NCBI RefSeq assembly: GCF_006345805.1
Contig: NC_043005.1
Span: forward strand, 11,718,001 to 11,782,000
Direction: 5' to 3'
Origin: Octopus sinensis
Taxonomy: Eukaryota
DNA length: 64,000 nucleotides
Under the pieces are notes generated by a model. The model was given only the letters and a program-made list of their open reading frames with translations, was not told where the DNA came from and made no database searches. The translations under genes were made by a program, and so were the position numbers. Below are positions 12,602 to 25,214 of the stretch, one piece after another; the first letter of the stretch is position 1, and every line of letters starts with the position of its first letter.

Positions 12602-13150
12602 AAGGCGGCGAGCTGGCAGAAGCGTTAGCACGCCGGGCGAAATGCTTAGCGGTATTTCGTCTGCCGCTACGTTCTGAGTTCAGATTCCGCCGAGGTCGAC
12701 TTTGCCTTTCATCCTTTCGGGGTCGATAAATTCACTACCAGTTACGCACTGGGGTCGATGTAATCGACTTAATCCGTTTGTCTGTCCTTGTTTGTCTCCT
12801 TTATGTTTAGCCCCTTGTGGGCAGTAAAGAAATAGGTATTTCGTCTGCCGCTACGTTCTGAGTGCAAATTCCGCCGAGGTGGACTTTGCCTTTCATCCTT
12901 TCGGGGTCGATTAAATAAGTACCAGTAACGCACTGGGGTCGATGTAATCGACTTAATCCGTTTGTCTGTCCTTGTTTGTCTCCTCTAGATTTAGCCCCTT
13001 GTGGTAGTAAAGAAATAGGCATTTCGTCTGCGGCTACGTTCTGAGTTCAAATTCCGCCGAGGTCGACTTTGCCTTTCATCCTTTCGGGGTCGATTACATA
13101 AGCACCAGTTACGCACTGGGGTCGATATAATCGACTTAATCCGTTTGTCT
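12602..13150 (+). mobile_element. SINE family A: one head plus about 2.7 tandem 184-bp body units
   Basis: Unit starts (ggtatttcgtc) at 12651, 12835 and 13018. Confidence 0.88.
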
Positions 13151-13214
13151 AACCATTGTTGTCTATAATTTCTATAATGTACCTGTAGAAATAACCTTCA
13201 CTTATTTGTTTTTA

Positions 13215-13589
13215 CTCTAGGCACAAAGTTAGAGGAGGGGGCAATCGATTACATCGGCCCCAGTACGCAACTGATACTTAATTTATAGACCCTAAAGGAT
13301 GAAAGGTGAAGTCGACTTCGACGGAATTTGAATTCAGAACATAACGACAGACGAAATACCTATGTCTTTACTACCCACAATGGGCTAAACACAGAGAGGA
13401 CAAACATGGACAAACGGATTAAGTCGATTACATCGACCCCAGTGCGTAGCTGCTACTTATTTAATCGACCTCGAAAGGATGAAAGGCGAAGTCGACCTCG
13501 GCGGAATTTGAACTCAGAACGTAGCGGCAGACGAAATACCGCTAAGCATTTTGCCTTGCATGCTAACGTTTCTGCCAGCTCGTCGCCTT
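13215..13589 (-). mobile_element. SINE family A with two body units
   Basis: Minus-strand head aaggcgacgagctggcagaaacgttagca at 13589; inverted relative to the 12602 copy. Confidence 0.82.
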
Positions 13590-13599
13590 ACTCATAAGC

Positions 13600-14023
13600 A
13601 TATTTCCATGAAATCGCCAAAAAGAACGAAAAACCGCTATTCCTCCGTCTCAGACTAGTCAATCATTCTACAAGACAATGCTCGAGCACACGTTTCACTC
13701 ATATCGCTCCAGAATTTGAAGGAACTTGTCCTTATTCCGCAGACCTTTCTGCTATCTACTGCCACTTTCTCAAGCATTTTGATAGTTTGCTGCGAGAGAA
13801 GGAGTTAAAAAGTCAAACTGATACTGAAAGTGCGTTCAAAGATTTCATCAGCTCCAGAACTCCAGATTTCTACGTTACAGGAATAAACGAACTCGTAGCT
13901 AGTTGTCAAAAGTGTCTTGATTGTAATGGTACTCACTTTGATGAATAAAATTACCGCATTGGTGAAAATATTGTGATGAATTAAATGTCTCAAAATGTTG
14001 CTTAATTTTTACTCAGCCTGATA
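13600..14023 (+). mobile_element. Mariner transposase 3' fragment with right TIR
   Basis: ILQDNARAH../PYSADLS..HFLKHFD..AFKDFISSRTPDFYVTGINELV..QKCLDCNGTHFDE*, then a TIR-like end ttaatttttactcagcctga-TA. Confidence 0.85.
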
Positions 14024-14149
14024 GGATGTGGCGTTTTGCACGAAAAGTTAATATCTATTTCATCGTAACCTCACAAAAATACTTTTGACATTTTAGTACA
14101 GTAGCTCTAACTACTTCTTCTCTTCTACCTTCCTCTCTCTATTTTTTAT

Positions 14150-14170
14150 CCATCCATCTATCCATCCATC

Positions 14171-14265
<95 letters not shown>

Positions 14266-14266
14266 A
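14150..14266. repeat. (TCCA)n/(TCTA)n microsatellite
   Basis: Direct reading. Confidence 0.95.
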
Positions 14267-15602
14267 ATAGCTTATGCCTTTGTCAACATAAATACCTTTG
14301 CATTCTTACTCTTTCCGTTGTCAGATATACTTCTTTATCACTCTGTCAAATTGAGAACTTTTGGTTAACCGAAGCTAAAGTTAAAACACTTACCCAATGT
14401 GAGTACCCGGTGATAGGATTGCATCCAAAATTGCGTATTTGCATGGAGAAATTCTCAACCATAGAATTATGCTTGTAAGCTTTTGTCAGAATCTGTTGAA
14501 CGTAGCACAAAATATCTTAGTTTTTTTTTGCTGAGGTCATTGTGCATTTGATCGTTTTGGAGGTAGTAGACAATTATTGTAGTCGATGTATTCAACTATA
14601 GCCTCACCCAAATATGAGGACTTTTGTTGTGTCAGGAATCCTTATTAGCTTCATTGTAACACTAAAATCTTCCTTCTAATATTTTGCTACTTCCTGTTAA
14701 TAACATCATACGCACTCGTTTACCTATAGTTACTCCTTTTCATAAAAGTCATTCTGTGACAAGGTATGAAGAAAGGGTTGCTGAGTTCAACTGTCTAATT
14801 CACGGACATGCCCTCTAGAATTATCCGAACTTTCTTTGGGCTATAGAAGTGATGTACGACTTCCCCATAGATTGTAATTCAAATCTAAGTGAATTCTCTT
14901 TCAAAAAATAAAAAAAACTGCTTTGGACTAGGACGGATATCAATTTAGCTGCGAAAACTTTGCATACAATGAGCGCTCAGCGACACCGTTATGATGTACG
15001 GAATCGTGAGATGCTGATAGAACGGGACAAGTTGAAAGTATTTGATCACATTTTGCTTTCCTTGGATCACCGTGTTTGCACCCAGATTTTGTGCAAACTG
15101 CGAAATTTGTGATCGTTGTCGGACGTTTCACACTTCTTTTCCTGAGAAGACAGCTCTGCAGTTTTGGTGACATACTTGTATCCTCCGTCAGAATCGTAAC
15201 TGGTTGAGGATTTCCGCATCGTATATCTGTGATCGCCCGAAGTGATTTGCTTCTGTTTCTTCAGACTATGGATTCGCTCGTTGGTTGTCTTTTCAAGTTA
15301 TCCTGGCTGAACGCCGGCAAAGACTGTCATATGGAGAGCTCGAAGGAAGGTACCCTATGCGAGTTAATAAAAAACACTGATCGAAGACAAGCTCATATTT
15401 GCTTTTACCATATATATACAAATATCTCTTTATGTATGCATGTATTTATGTATGTACATATGTATGAGTGTGTATGCGTATGCGTGAGAGAAAGAGAGAC
15501 AAAAAGAGAGAGCGGGAGAGAGACAGAGAGAGAGAGAGAATTGGGTAGATAGATAGGTTTTATTGAAGAAGACTTTTATATATATCCAAACGTTTGTGTG
15601 AA

Positions 15603-15664
<62 letters not shown>

Positions 15665-16047
15665 ATATAAATATTAGGGAATAAATCCAAATTTACAGGG
15701 AAAAAATCAGATTTAGGATTAAATCCATTTTATAGTAAAATATTATATAATATTAATTCGAAACAAAACCACTATTTTGCAAAACAAACAAGGAAAGACT
15801 TAATCAATACATAAAATTATAATAGAAAGTAAATAAACCGCCACTACAATCGTTTCATGTCTTCAAATGACATTCGTCAGGTGGATTTCCGATTTTCAAA
15901 TCAGTTTCAATTTATGAATGTCATTTGAAGACATGAAACGATTGTAGTGGCGGTTTATTTACTTTCTATTAAAATTTTATGTATTGATTAAGTCTTTCCT
16001 TGTTTGTTTTGCAAAATAGTGGTTTTGTCTCGAATTAATATTATATA
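15665..16047. mobile_element. Inverted PLE pLTR-like pair inserted in (TA)n
   Basis: 132-bp arms at 15744-15875 and 15916-16047 (2 mismatches, 40-bp spacer); contains HHR-3; same family at 41821-42021. Confidence 0.75.
15841..15884 (-). ncRNA. Minimal type I hammerhead ribozyme HHR-3
   Basis: Minus strand: CCAC-CTGACGA-ATGTC atttgaa GACAT-GAAAC-GATT-GTA/GTGG. Perfect core, 4-bp helix I, 5-bp helix II, helix III ACGAUUGU self-complementary with G-U pairs. Confidence 0.9.
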
Positions 16048-16050
16048 TAT

Positions 16051-16113
<63 letters not shown>

Positions 16114-17539
16114 AGAGTGAGAGCGAGAGAGAATTATATAGATAGATAGATAGATAGATAGCCAGTTAGGTGTTACTGAAGAAAACTTTTATATGTAACC
16201 AAACGTTAGTAGTTGCATGCCTGATTAAAGTGTGAGTAAGTTTATGAAATATATATTTGACAGTTTTTGCATATCTTGGCTGGGAACTTATTCCTTCAAC
16301 TGCGATTATCCACATGAATTCAAGGTTAGTTTATTTTATATAATTATTTTTTTCGTTCGAATGTATTTTGAAAACCCACTCTTGTGTTGGTTTTTCTATC
16401 AGGATCTGTGTTTTCAGCAACAAAAACTAAATGAATACATAAGAATAATAATGACAATAATATTTTTTCGCAGCAATGTTAAAAATATTGTAATTTACAA
16501 AACTTGGCAGCTCCTGTCAACATAATTTTGCAGTTGAATTTCTTCTTTCTTAAAAATATGTTTAAGTCACATATTAATAAAAAACAAAACGAAGACTTAC
16601 ATTATTTATGAATATGCTTTCGTGTTGTAAAACTGTGATAGAGTTAATTACTTGACATTTCCTGATCAAAAGTAGCTTTGTGGACGTTAATACTTTTGGT
16701 TTGATAGGAAAAACAAATTTCGCACATAGCATCGTGGTATAGCTCAAATATAGCCAACGAAATTCCATATCGTAAAACTATTGTGTTCTACCGATTTGCC
16801 AGAAAGCAATAGATAAACGGAAAAATAATCAGACACAAGTCAGCAATTTGGTCAGTGACACAACTCAGTTGCATAAATTTGTTATTTCACGACGTGGACA
16901 CAACTGTTATTTGAGAAGATTAGAATTTATTAAGTTCGAATATAGTATGAACAGAATTTGCAGATAATTCCTGAATTTAGTCTCGGCAGAAATACTTATG
17001 CAATGATATACGTGTAATCTAAGTTATAGAATTATATTAGAAGCTTAAAATTATGAAGTTACGTTGAATCAACGTTATAAAACTATATTATTCCCAGCTA
17101 TCTTTGAAAAGCATTGAAGGACTGAAAGTATTTGAAAACACATTATGTTATTATTAAAAGCAGCGCATGTAGAAACTGATGAGGATTTCGCCAGATGCGT
17201 TTTTTTATAAGGTTACTTCTTTCTATCTTCTGGTTTGAAGCATCGCCTGAATTGAGTTAGCGTGTCATGCGAGTTCAATAAAGTGAATATAAACGAAGTG
17301 TTGGGTTTGAAAGAGTCACGTTCTACTGCTTAGCCAGCTAATCTACTGTTACATTGTCCAGCATGGAAAAATCAGATTGCTGTGAATGCTCACGTACATC
17401 AATGCACTGAGCGGGTGCCAGTTGCAGAGCTGTATTTACAGTAAGCAGCTGTTGCTTCCGACAAACAGATGAGGCAAGCAATATAATTTAGTAGGTATCC
17501 TGATCAATTTACATTATTTTAAAATTTTCGAATGTGTCG

Positions 17540-18305
17540 ACCAACAATATTCGGTGGTTATCTCTGTAGGGGGTTAGTTGGCGGAGCGCAGAGCGACGAC
17601 GTCCTCAAGGAAACTCTAGGTATCGATAAAAATCAATTGTCTGGTCTTTTTCGGGGGAGTTTTGGACCATATTCCATGGACAATGTCCAGAAATCATTGA
17701 CCTGACAGCGTTTCCGGGGAGCATTGTCAGTTCCGAGTATACCAGATATGGTAGTGTAGTCAGTCACGCCAACCTGAGATGCGCACAGAGTGCCGGAACC
17801 GTCCTGCATGCACTCGTACAGAGCCCAAAAACTGCTGACTTTTAGTATTATGTCGAACAGCAGTTATCACCTGTGGGACGGAGCCAGCTATCAGCAGACT
17901 GTAGCTTAAAGATCGCCCCGCAGCCTTTCTTTGCTCGAGAAGGGCAGATAGATTGTCTCTGCTTATGGATATGACAAAAGAAATTGTGTAATGGGTGAGA
18001 TTGGAAGATCTGAACACAAATATCTTTCTTTATAGACGAGCCTCATCGACTTTTTAAGTTTACTTTAGAAAAGGTGAGAGTGGAGAGCGAATTTCTGCCT
18101 CCCAAAAAAGTTCTGGAAAGGTAGGTGAATGTGGAGAGTATGCCCCGAGTGAATGCCTCTACTTACTCGAAGCGTGTACCTGTGGGTCAGAAATTACAGA
18201 TGAGGAAGGTGCATTTGATAAAGTGGTCTTAGTGATCAGGGTGTCTCGTAGTCTCTAATTTCCCTCGATCGTCTCTGGGTGGTATTTTTCTGTCTAATAG
18301 TAAAT
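17540..18305 (+). mobile_element. Tx1/L1-clade LINE ORF2 3' fragment (degenerate) with (ATT)n tail
   Basis: DDVLKETLGIDKNQLSGLFRGSFGPYSMDNVQKSLT*QRFRGALSV../RCAQSAGTVLHALVQ (decayed zinc knuckle)../KVRVE.. resembles the L1/Tx1 C-terminus; several stops and frameshifts. Confidence 0.65.
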
Positions 18306-18308
18306 TTC

Positions 18309-18390
<82 letters not shown>

Positions 18391-18590
18391 TTGTTATTAT
18401 TATTATTATCATTATTATTATTATTATTATTATTATTGCTATTACCTACTTGTTATTGTTTTTATTGTTTTCAAGGGCTAATGTAGATCCCTTGTATCCT
18501 ATGTCTTTATATTGTTCTATATGATGATTACGGTCATTGTGTAATAAATAATGCATTATTGCCATTATTATTATTACTATTATTACTATT

Positions 18591-18990
18591 AAGGCGGCGA
18601 GATGGCAGAAGCGTTAGCACACCGGGTGAAGTGCTTAGCGGTATTTCGTCTGCCGCTACGTTCTGAGTTCAAATTCCGCCGAGGTCGACTTTGCCTTTCA
18701 TCCCTTCGGAGATCGATTAAATAAGTACCAGTTACGCACTGGAGTCGATATAGTCGACTTAATCCGTTTGTCTGTCCTTGTTTGTACTCTCTGTGTTTAG
18801 CCCCTTGTGGGTAATGAAGAAATAGGTATTTCGTCTGCCGCTACGTTCTGAGTTGAAATTCTTCCGAGGTCGACTTTGCCTTTAATCCTTTCGAGGTCGA
18901 TAAATTAAGTACCAGTCGAGAACTGGGGTCGATGTAATCGGCAAGACCCCTTCCGTAGAATTCCAGGCCTTCTGCCTATAATAGAAAGGA
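18591..18990 (+). mobile_element. SINE family A, head plus two body units
   Basis: aaggcggcgagatggcagaagcgttagcac head; second unit begins after aaataggtatttcgtc at about 18825. Confidence 0.85.
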
Positions 18991-19081
18991 TTATTATTAT
19001 AAAGGATTACTAGTATCAATATTATTATTAAGTTAAAGAAGTGATTTTATATTCCCAAACGCAGGATAATGCTAATAATAA

Positions 19082-19616
19082 GCTGGTGGGGGTGCTTGCC
19101 CCTTTTGCAAATATAAGGACATAGGAAATGTGTCAACGCCGACAGGAAGCGTCGATGCTTCCTAGGGCTTTATAGCGGGACTGTCACGTTATGTTGACTT
19201 TATACAACCACTCTATCGCTCCACCACCGCTCATGTCTCTTTGAGACATTTAGAAATTCATTATTTCTAATTACGGTAACCAGTGAATAAATTTCACTGT
19301 AATAGATATATTTGCAAGGGCTTGGTAAGTATCACCGCTAGCGGGGACGCACTACCCTGAACTGATGACGGGCAATACCAAGAAACATGCATGTATTCAG
19401 GCTGCAAGTCCTGGCTGGTGGGGGTGCTTGCCCCCCTTTGCAAATATAACGACATAGGAAATGTGTCAAAGCCGACAGGAAGCGTCGATGCTTCCTAGGG
19501 CTATATAGCGGTGGTGTAAGTCCCTCTACGGGATTGTCACGTTATGTTGACTTTATACAACCACTCTATCGCTCCACCACCGCTCATGTCTCGTTGAGAC
19601 ATTTAGAAATTCAATA

Positions 19617-19624
<8 letters not shown>
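19082..19624 (+). mobile_element. Retrozyme-like non-autonomous element: 1.6 tandem copies of an approximately 350-nt hammerhead-containing monomer
   Basis: Direct repeats 19082-19271 and 19414-19624 (period 332; the first has a 20-nt deletion), HHR-4 between them, many hairpins, ends in (TA)n, no ORF. Confidence 0.75.
19356..19401 (+). ncRNA. Type I hammerhead ribozyme HHR-4
   Basis: CCTGAA-CTGATGA-CGGGCAATACCAA-GAA-ACATGCATGT-A/TTCAGG. 6-bp helix I, perfect 10-nt palindromic helix III, GUA triplet; two mismatches at the base of helix II. Confidence 0.82.
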
Positions 19625-19672
<48 letters not shown>

Positions 19673-19680
19673 CTTATATA

Positions 19681-19990
19681 TAAAATGGGACAAGAACGCA
19701 AACTACACAAAGAGACGACACAAAAAAACAGACAGGTCATTCGAAGCCTCTAATCTTCAGTCAGGAACCGGATCATCTTAGCAATTTCGGCTGATTAATC
19801 CTGATATCGCTCCGATCCGGTCAGCCCCAAGGAAAAACTAAGCTGCGAGCATTAGATTTCTTGGAAAAAGGATCGAATGTATACGAAACAAAGACAGAAA
19901 ACCGGACGATGCCATACGAATATAAATACAAGAAACAAAAAATAAAAATAAAAATAAAAATAAAAAACAAGAATAGTAATAACAGGACAG
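19681..19990. mobile_element. Non-coding interspersed repeat between (TA)n tracts, possibly PLE-derived
   Basis: Structured segment bounded by (TA)n at 19624 and about 20082; partial hammerhead-like words but no complete core. Confidence 0.3.
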
Positions 19991-20077
19991 TGGGAGTCTT
20001 ACGACTTCAGACAAATTAACTTATCTTGGCTGGCGTATTTTGAAAAAATGCCTTTGCGGCAGACAGAGAAAACAGTG

Positions 20078-20135
<58 letters not shown>

Positions 20136-21347
20136 ACACATATCATATCAAACTGAGAAAGAAAGCCTAGGATACTTGTGGTGTTTATGAATCATAGACT
20201 GTTTGTTCTACGACTTCATCGTTAAGCATTTTTTTACTCTTTTCCTTGCATGTAGTTTTGTGACTTTGAATTAGTAACCAATAAAGTCTTGAAAAGAACA
20301 ACAAAAGAAACAAGGAACGTCTTCAGAAACGACAGAAAGAATGTAAGCGTCAAAGGGGATATACGCGTTTAACCAGACAAAAATAGAATATAAATTGAAC
20401 TGTAGCTTTGTACATAGCGTAACTTCAAACAACATAGCATACTGAGATGCCAACAAATGAATTGAAACTGCGTGCAACAAATTAGAAAAATATACGTTGA
20501 AAGCTATAGTTAGCACTTTTGGAAAACGATATAAACAGAATCATCGAAAGTCTACGATCAAAAGTGATAGACGCAAACAACGTCACGCTAAAACGTGGAA
20601 AAGAGGAAATCAAGAAGCAGAACATACGCTCAACTAAAAAACAAAAGTTGTGTAGAAAATTTATGAATGCGAACGTTTGAAAATATGAAGAAACTGAACT
20701 GAGTATTATGTAAGTATTTATTAGAAATGAATTTCATTTCAAAGGACCAGTTTTCGAAATTAGAATTAATTTCTCGAGGTGCTTCGAAAATTTAATAAAA
20801 AGGCCGAGAAAATTCTCCTCACGAAACTAGCCTTGAACCATGTACGAGAGTGACGCAACACTGCTAGCAAATTAGAGAACCATATACAAGAAAAAAAGTT
20901 TCCTGTGAACAAGTTGATAAGTGTAGTGAACATTGTTCACATTTACTCTTTTCTCTCTTGATTAGTGTAGCGAGTTAAGAACGCGACAAGAGAGAATACT
21001 TACCACAGAAAAACAATCAATAATTATGGGGAAAAAATTAATGCATTGCTTTAGAGGACATAAATTCGTTGCCACCACTGAGGTATGTTCCATGACGTAA
21101 CTTTGTTAAAACCCTTGACACTAAACTGCCATAAATTCAAAACTACAACTTGATTACCTTAATAGAAACGATCTTCAGCTAGTGCAATATATTCTATCTT
21201 TGAACATGCGTAAAACGCATAATGAAATTATAGAACAATTTATGGATGAGGAAATGCCGTTAGATTTGAAACTGCTGGGAAAACATCTCGGAGTATTTTT
21301 GTTATATATTCTATTTTGAAATGATGATGATGATAATAATAATAATA

Positions 21348-21380
<33 letters not shown>

Positions 21381-21441
21381 TGATAATAATAATAATAATA
21401 ATAATAATAATATGATGATAATTATAATAATAATAATAATA

Positions 21442-21476
<35 letters not shown>

Positions 21477-21478
21477 TG

Positions 21479-21527
<49 letters not shown>

Positions 21528-21528
<1 letters not shown>

Positions 21529-22693
21529 GACTATATATACAACGTATAGAAGGTGGTAGAGGCCTTATACAGCTGGAAAACTACTATAAAATAACCACCA
21601 TAGGACTGCAAAAATACCTACTTCAGAAGGAAGGAAAACTGATTCAGATAGCAGCAAAACACGAGCAAAACAAAAAACTGTTCTCAGTATTTAAGGAATG
21701 ACAAATACAAACAAGAAATCATACCACCTAATAAACACAAAGAAGAAGAAGAAGATGATGAAGAAACAACAAAAGCTATAAAACAAATGAAATCCAAACT
21801 AAAAATAGAACAGCAACGAGCCATGATAAAACGATGGCAAGAAAAGTCCCTTCATGGTAAGTACTGCTCTAAACTAAACGCAAAAGAAATAGACAAAGAA
21901 AAATCCCAGCAATGGTTGAGAAGCTCAGGACTCAAAGCAGAGACAGAGGGATTTTTAATTGCAGCACAAGACCAAAGCCTCCCCACCAGAAATTACCAAA
22001 AACATGTAATGAAAAGAAATATAACAAGTAACTGCAGAATATGTGGAGATGGACAAGAAACAATAAATCATATCATCTCTGGCTGCCCAGTCCTGGCAAA
22101 GAAGGAATATATTCACAGACATGACAGAGATGGAACCTACTTACATTGAAAGCTATGCCAACATTATGGAATAACAACAGAAAAAAGATGGTATAGGCAC
22201 ACACCAGAAAAGGTCGCAGAAAACGAGAAAGCAACCATACTCTGGGATATGCCGATACACACAGATAGAGAAATTAAGGCCAACAGACCAGATATAGTTG
22301 TCAGAGATCATGAAGAAAAAAAATGCTTTCTAATTGATGTGTCAATACCGGCAGATGACAACGTGTCTCTAAAAGAAATGGAGAACTCTCAAAATACAAA
22401 GACCTGGAATAGAGGTAACTAGAATGTGGAACCTGAAAACAGAAACAATTCCTATCATAGTAGGTGCATTAGGCATGATAAAAAATATTCAGACAAATAC
22501 ATAACAAAAACACCAGGACTTACAAATACATATAACATACAGAAAATTGCACTACTAGGCACTGCACACATCCTACGCAGAACACTTTCCATACAATAAC
22601 CATCAGAGCATCACAACAAATCACAGCACATACCCAAGGCACACAGAGCTGCGCTCGGTAGTGAAGTGAAAGCACGCTATAAAAATAAAACTA

Positions 22694-22696
<3 letters not shown>
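21528..22696 (+). mobile_element. R4/Dong-clade LINE, 5'-truncated, with CCHC knuckle and restriction-like endonuclease
   Basis: RLYIQRIEGGRGL, CRICGDGQETINHIISGC, RHD, RPDIVV, IDVSIP, KY.DL motifs; stop at 22597-22599; one in-frame stop and several frameshifts; (AAT)n on both flanks. Confidence 0.92.
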
Positions 22697-22761
<65 letters not shown>

Positions 22762-22996
22762 GTCGAAGAAGAAGAAGAAGATGAAGATGAAGAAGAAGAA
22801 GAAGAAGAAGAAGAAGAAGAAGAAGAAGAAGAATATGCAGAAGAAGACGAAGAAGAAAGAGGTGGAAGAGACGAGAAGACGAAGTAAAAAGAGGACGAGG
22901 AGAAGGAGAAGGAGAAGGAGAAGAAGAAGAAGAAAGAAGAAGAAGAAGAAGAAGAAGAAGAAGAAGAAGAAGAAGAAGAAGAAGAAGAAGAAGAAG
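22697..22996. repeat. (AAT)n followed by (GAA)n/(GGA)n microsatellites
   Basis: Direct reading. Confidence 0.95.
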
Positions 22997-23094
22997 AGGA
23001 TAAATGATGCTACATTTTGAAATAAGATAACAGTTTTGGTGCAGTTTCATCTCTTGATTTTCTCTGCAAACACACACACACACACACACACAGA

Positions 23095-23129
<35 letters not shown>

Positions 23130-23430
23130 TGTGCATATGTTTATACTTAAGAGAATATTAAAAATTTCGTGGAACTTACACAATGGCAAGTGGTAGAGGC
23201 GATATTATCGGAAAATCACGTGAATAAAAGAGAAATGACAGTCTCCTAATGTATTAAAGACAAGATAACATCAGTGAATGTGTGGAAGTGCTTATTAAGA
23301 CAGCTGGAGTTTACCATTATATGTTGCCATAATGATTACTTATTTAAAATAGATTGCACTTGTTACATATATGTGGTTCATAATCACTTCATTATCTCCT
23401 GTGTTTGAAAGTAGATTTATATATATATAT

Positions 23431-23464
<34 letters not shown>

Positions 23465-23579
23465 ATAGATATAGATAGATAGATACATAGATAGATTGAT
23501 TGATAGATCGATAGATCGAGAGATAGATAGATACGCATAAATATATCTATATATGCATGTATGCATATATATATATGTG

Positions 23580-23610
<31 letters not shown>

Positions 23611-24030
23611 AATGTATATATATATATGTATATATATATGTATGCATATATATATATATGTATGTATATATATATGTATGTATATATATATATCTGTTTA
23701 TATATGTATATCTCTCTCTCTATATATATATATACATATATATATACAATAAAACATACGCGTACATATATAGATATATGTAAATATATAAAAATATAAG
23801 TACACACGCACACGTGCATATAAATGTGTGAGTTTGTGTATATGCATGCGTATATGTATGTACACACATACATATATGTATACATAGGGTCCCACGCACA
23901 CACAGACATATGCAGACGCTTACGTGTAATGAAGTAAATACGTGCAGTGTTATTTTGTATAGTGTGCATGCAGTTAAGATCATGTGTGTGTGTGTGTGTG
24001 TGTCTACGTACGTCCGGTGTTTATAACGCG

Positions 24031-24416
24031 ACTAGCAGTATCGTCCGGCGTTGCTCAGGTTTGTAAGGGAAATAACTATAAAGCATTTTTAGAGAGTTAT
24101 AGCCAAAAAATAGCAAAAAAATGGAAAAAAATGATGGTAAATTTTTTTTGAGATTTAAAAAAGGTGGAGTTGCGTCCCCTAGACAGTTTGTGGTTCGTGT
24201 TTCTGATTCTCGACCCCATGTCGAATTTATCAATTTTTTTCAGAACTGGAGGAACTTTTCAAAATTTTCACAGCATTAGTTTTGAATTATGACATTGGGC
24301 TATGTGTGTGTCAAGTTTCATCAGAATCGGTTGAAAGCCGTGGTCAGGGTGAGGGTACGAGAAAACAGACACACAGAAACACGCACAGACAAACTGCCGT
24401 TTATATAGAGAGAGAT
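24031..24416 (+). mobile_element. Non-autonomous Helitron-like (DINE-1/Lep1-type architecture) repeat
   Basis: Starts actagcagtatcgtccggcgttgctc, has an internal (ACAG)n-like tract and ends ctgccgtttatatagagagagat; 3' half repeated at 48617-48820. Superfamily inferred from the termini only. Confidence 0.5.
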
Positions 24417-24678
24417 ATAATCGAATGTTTTTGGCAGAGTGTAATGCACCGGTGCAACGCTGAAATTAAATATAAAAGGATGCAATAATGCAAAATAAAT
24501 TTGAAAATCTATTGAAAGCCACACAAAGCAGTTATTAGACAATTAATTTGGAAGAAAAAAAAAAAACAATGTATTAAGTAAATAAATAATTGCATGAATA
24601 AATAATATCTTTACTACGTTCCACTTTCTGGTATGTTCAGACCCCTTCACGTGAGGCTATACGATAGAACCATGTTGA

Positions 24679-25030
24679 TACGAGGTGGTATCAAAATATT
24701 CCCGGATTGGTTCTGTAGCTCGCTAACGGGTGGTGACACATGGTTGCGTGCACAGTGAGAGCTTTTCATGAGTGAGTCTGCCCACTGACACAATTCTGTG
24801 ATTACTGTGCAAGTTGTGAAATTTGTATTTTGTAATATTTCGTGACCGCTGTAGTCTGCGATTTTGTCACGGAGAGGAAGTTATAATAAAAAGCCAGCGT
24901 AAAATTTTGCGTGAAACTTGGAAAATCTGCTACAAAGGCATTGAGCATACTTCGACAAGCTTACAGCGAAGAGGTAATGTTTCGAGTGGCACAGGCAGTT
25001 CGAAAGCGGAAGAACGTCCCTGGAAGTGAT
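24679..25030 (+). mobile_element. Mariner 5' fragment (left TIR and N-terminal HTH)
   Basis: TA-cgaggtggtatcaaaatattcccgga; ASVKFCVKLGKSATKALSILRQAYSEEVM/FEWHRQFESGRTSLE. Confidence 0.82.
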
Positions 25031-25146
25031 TTTTTATTAAGCATAACTACTCGGAGAACTTACTGATACCACCCTCATACCTTATCCAAAGGTATCTCAA
25101 CTCATTAGAACTTCAGAGAAACTGACTGAATACAAAACAGCAAATG

Positions 25147-25214
<68 letters not shown>

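Noticed and set aside
19740-19810. CTGAAGA..CGAA and GAAA words on the minus strand
   Set aside because: Could not assemble helices I-III around a complete core.
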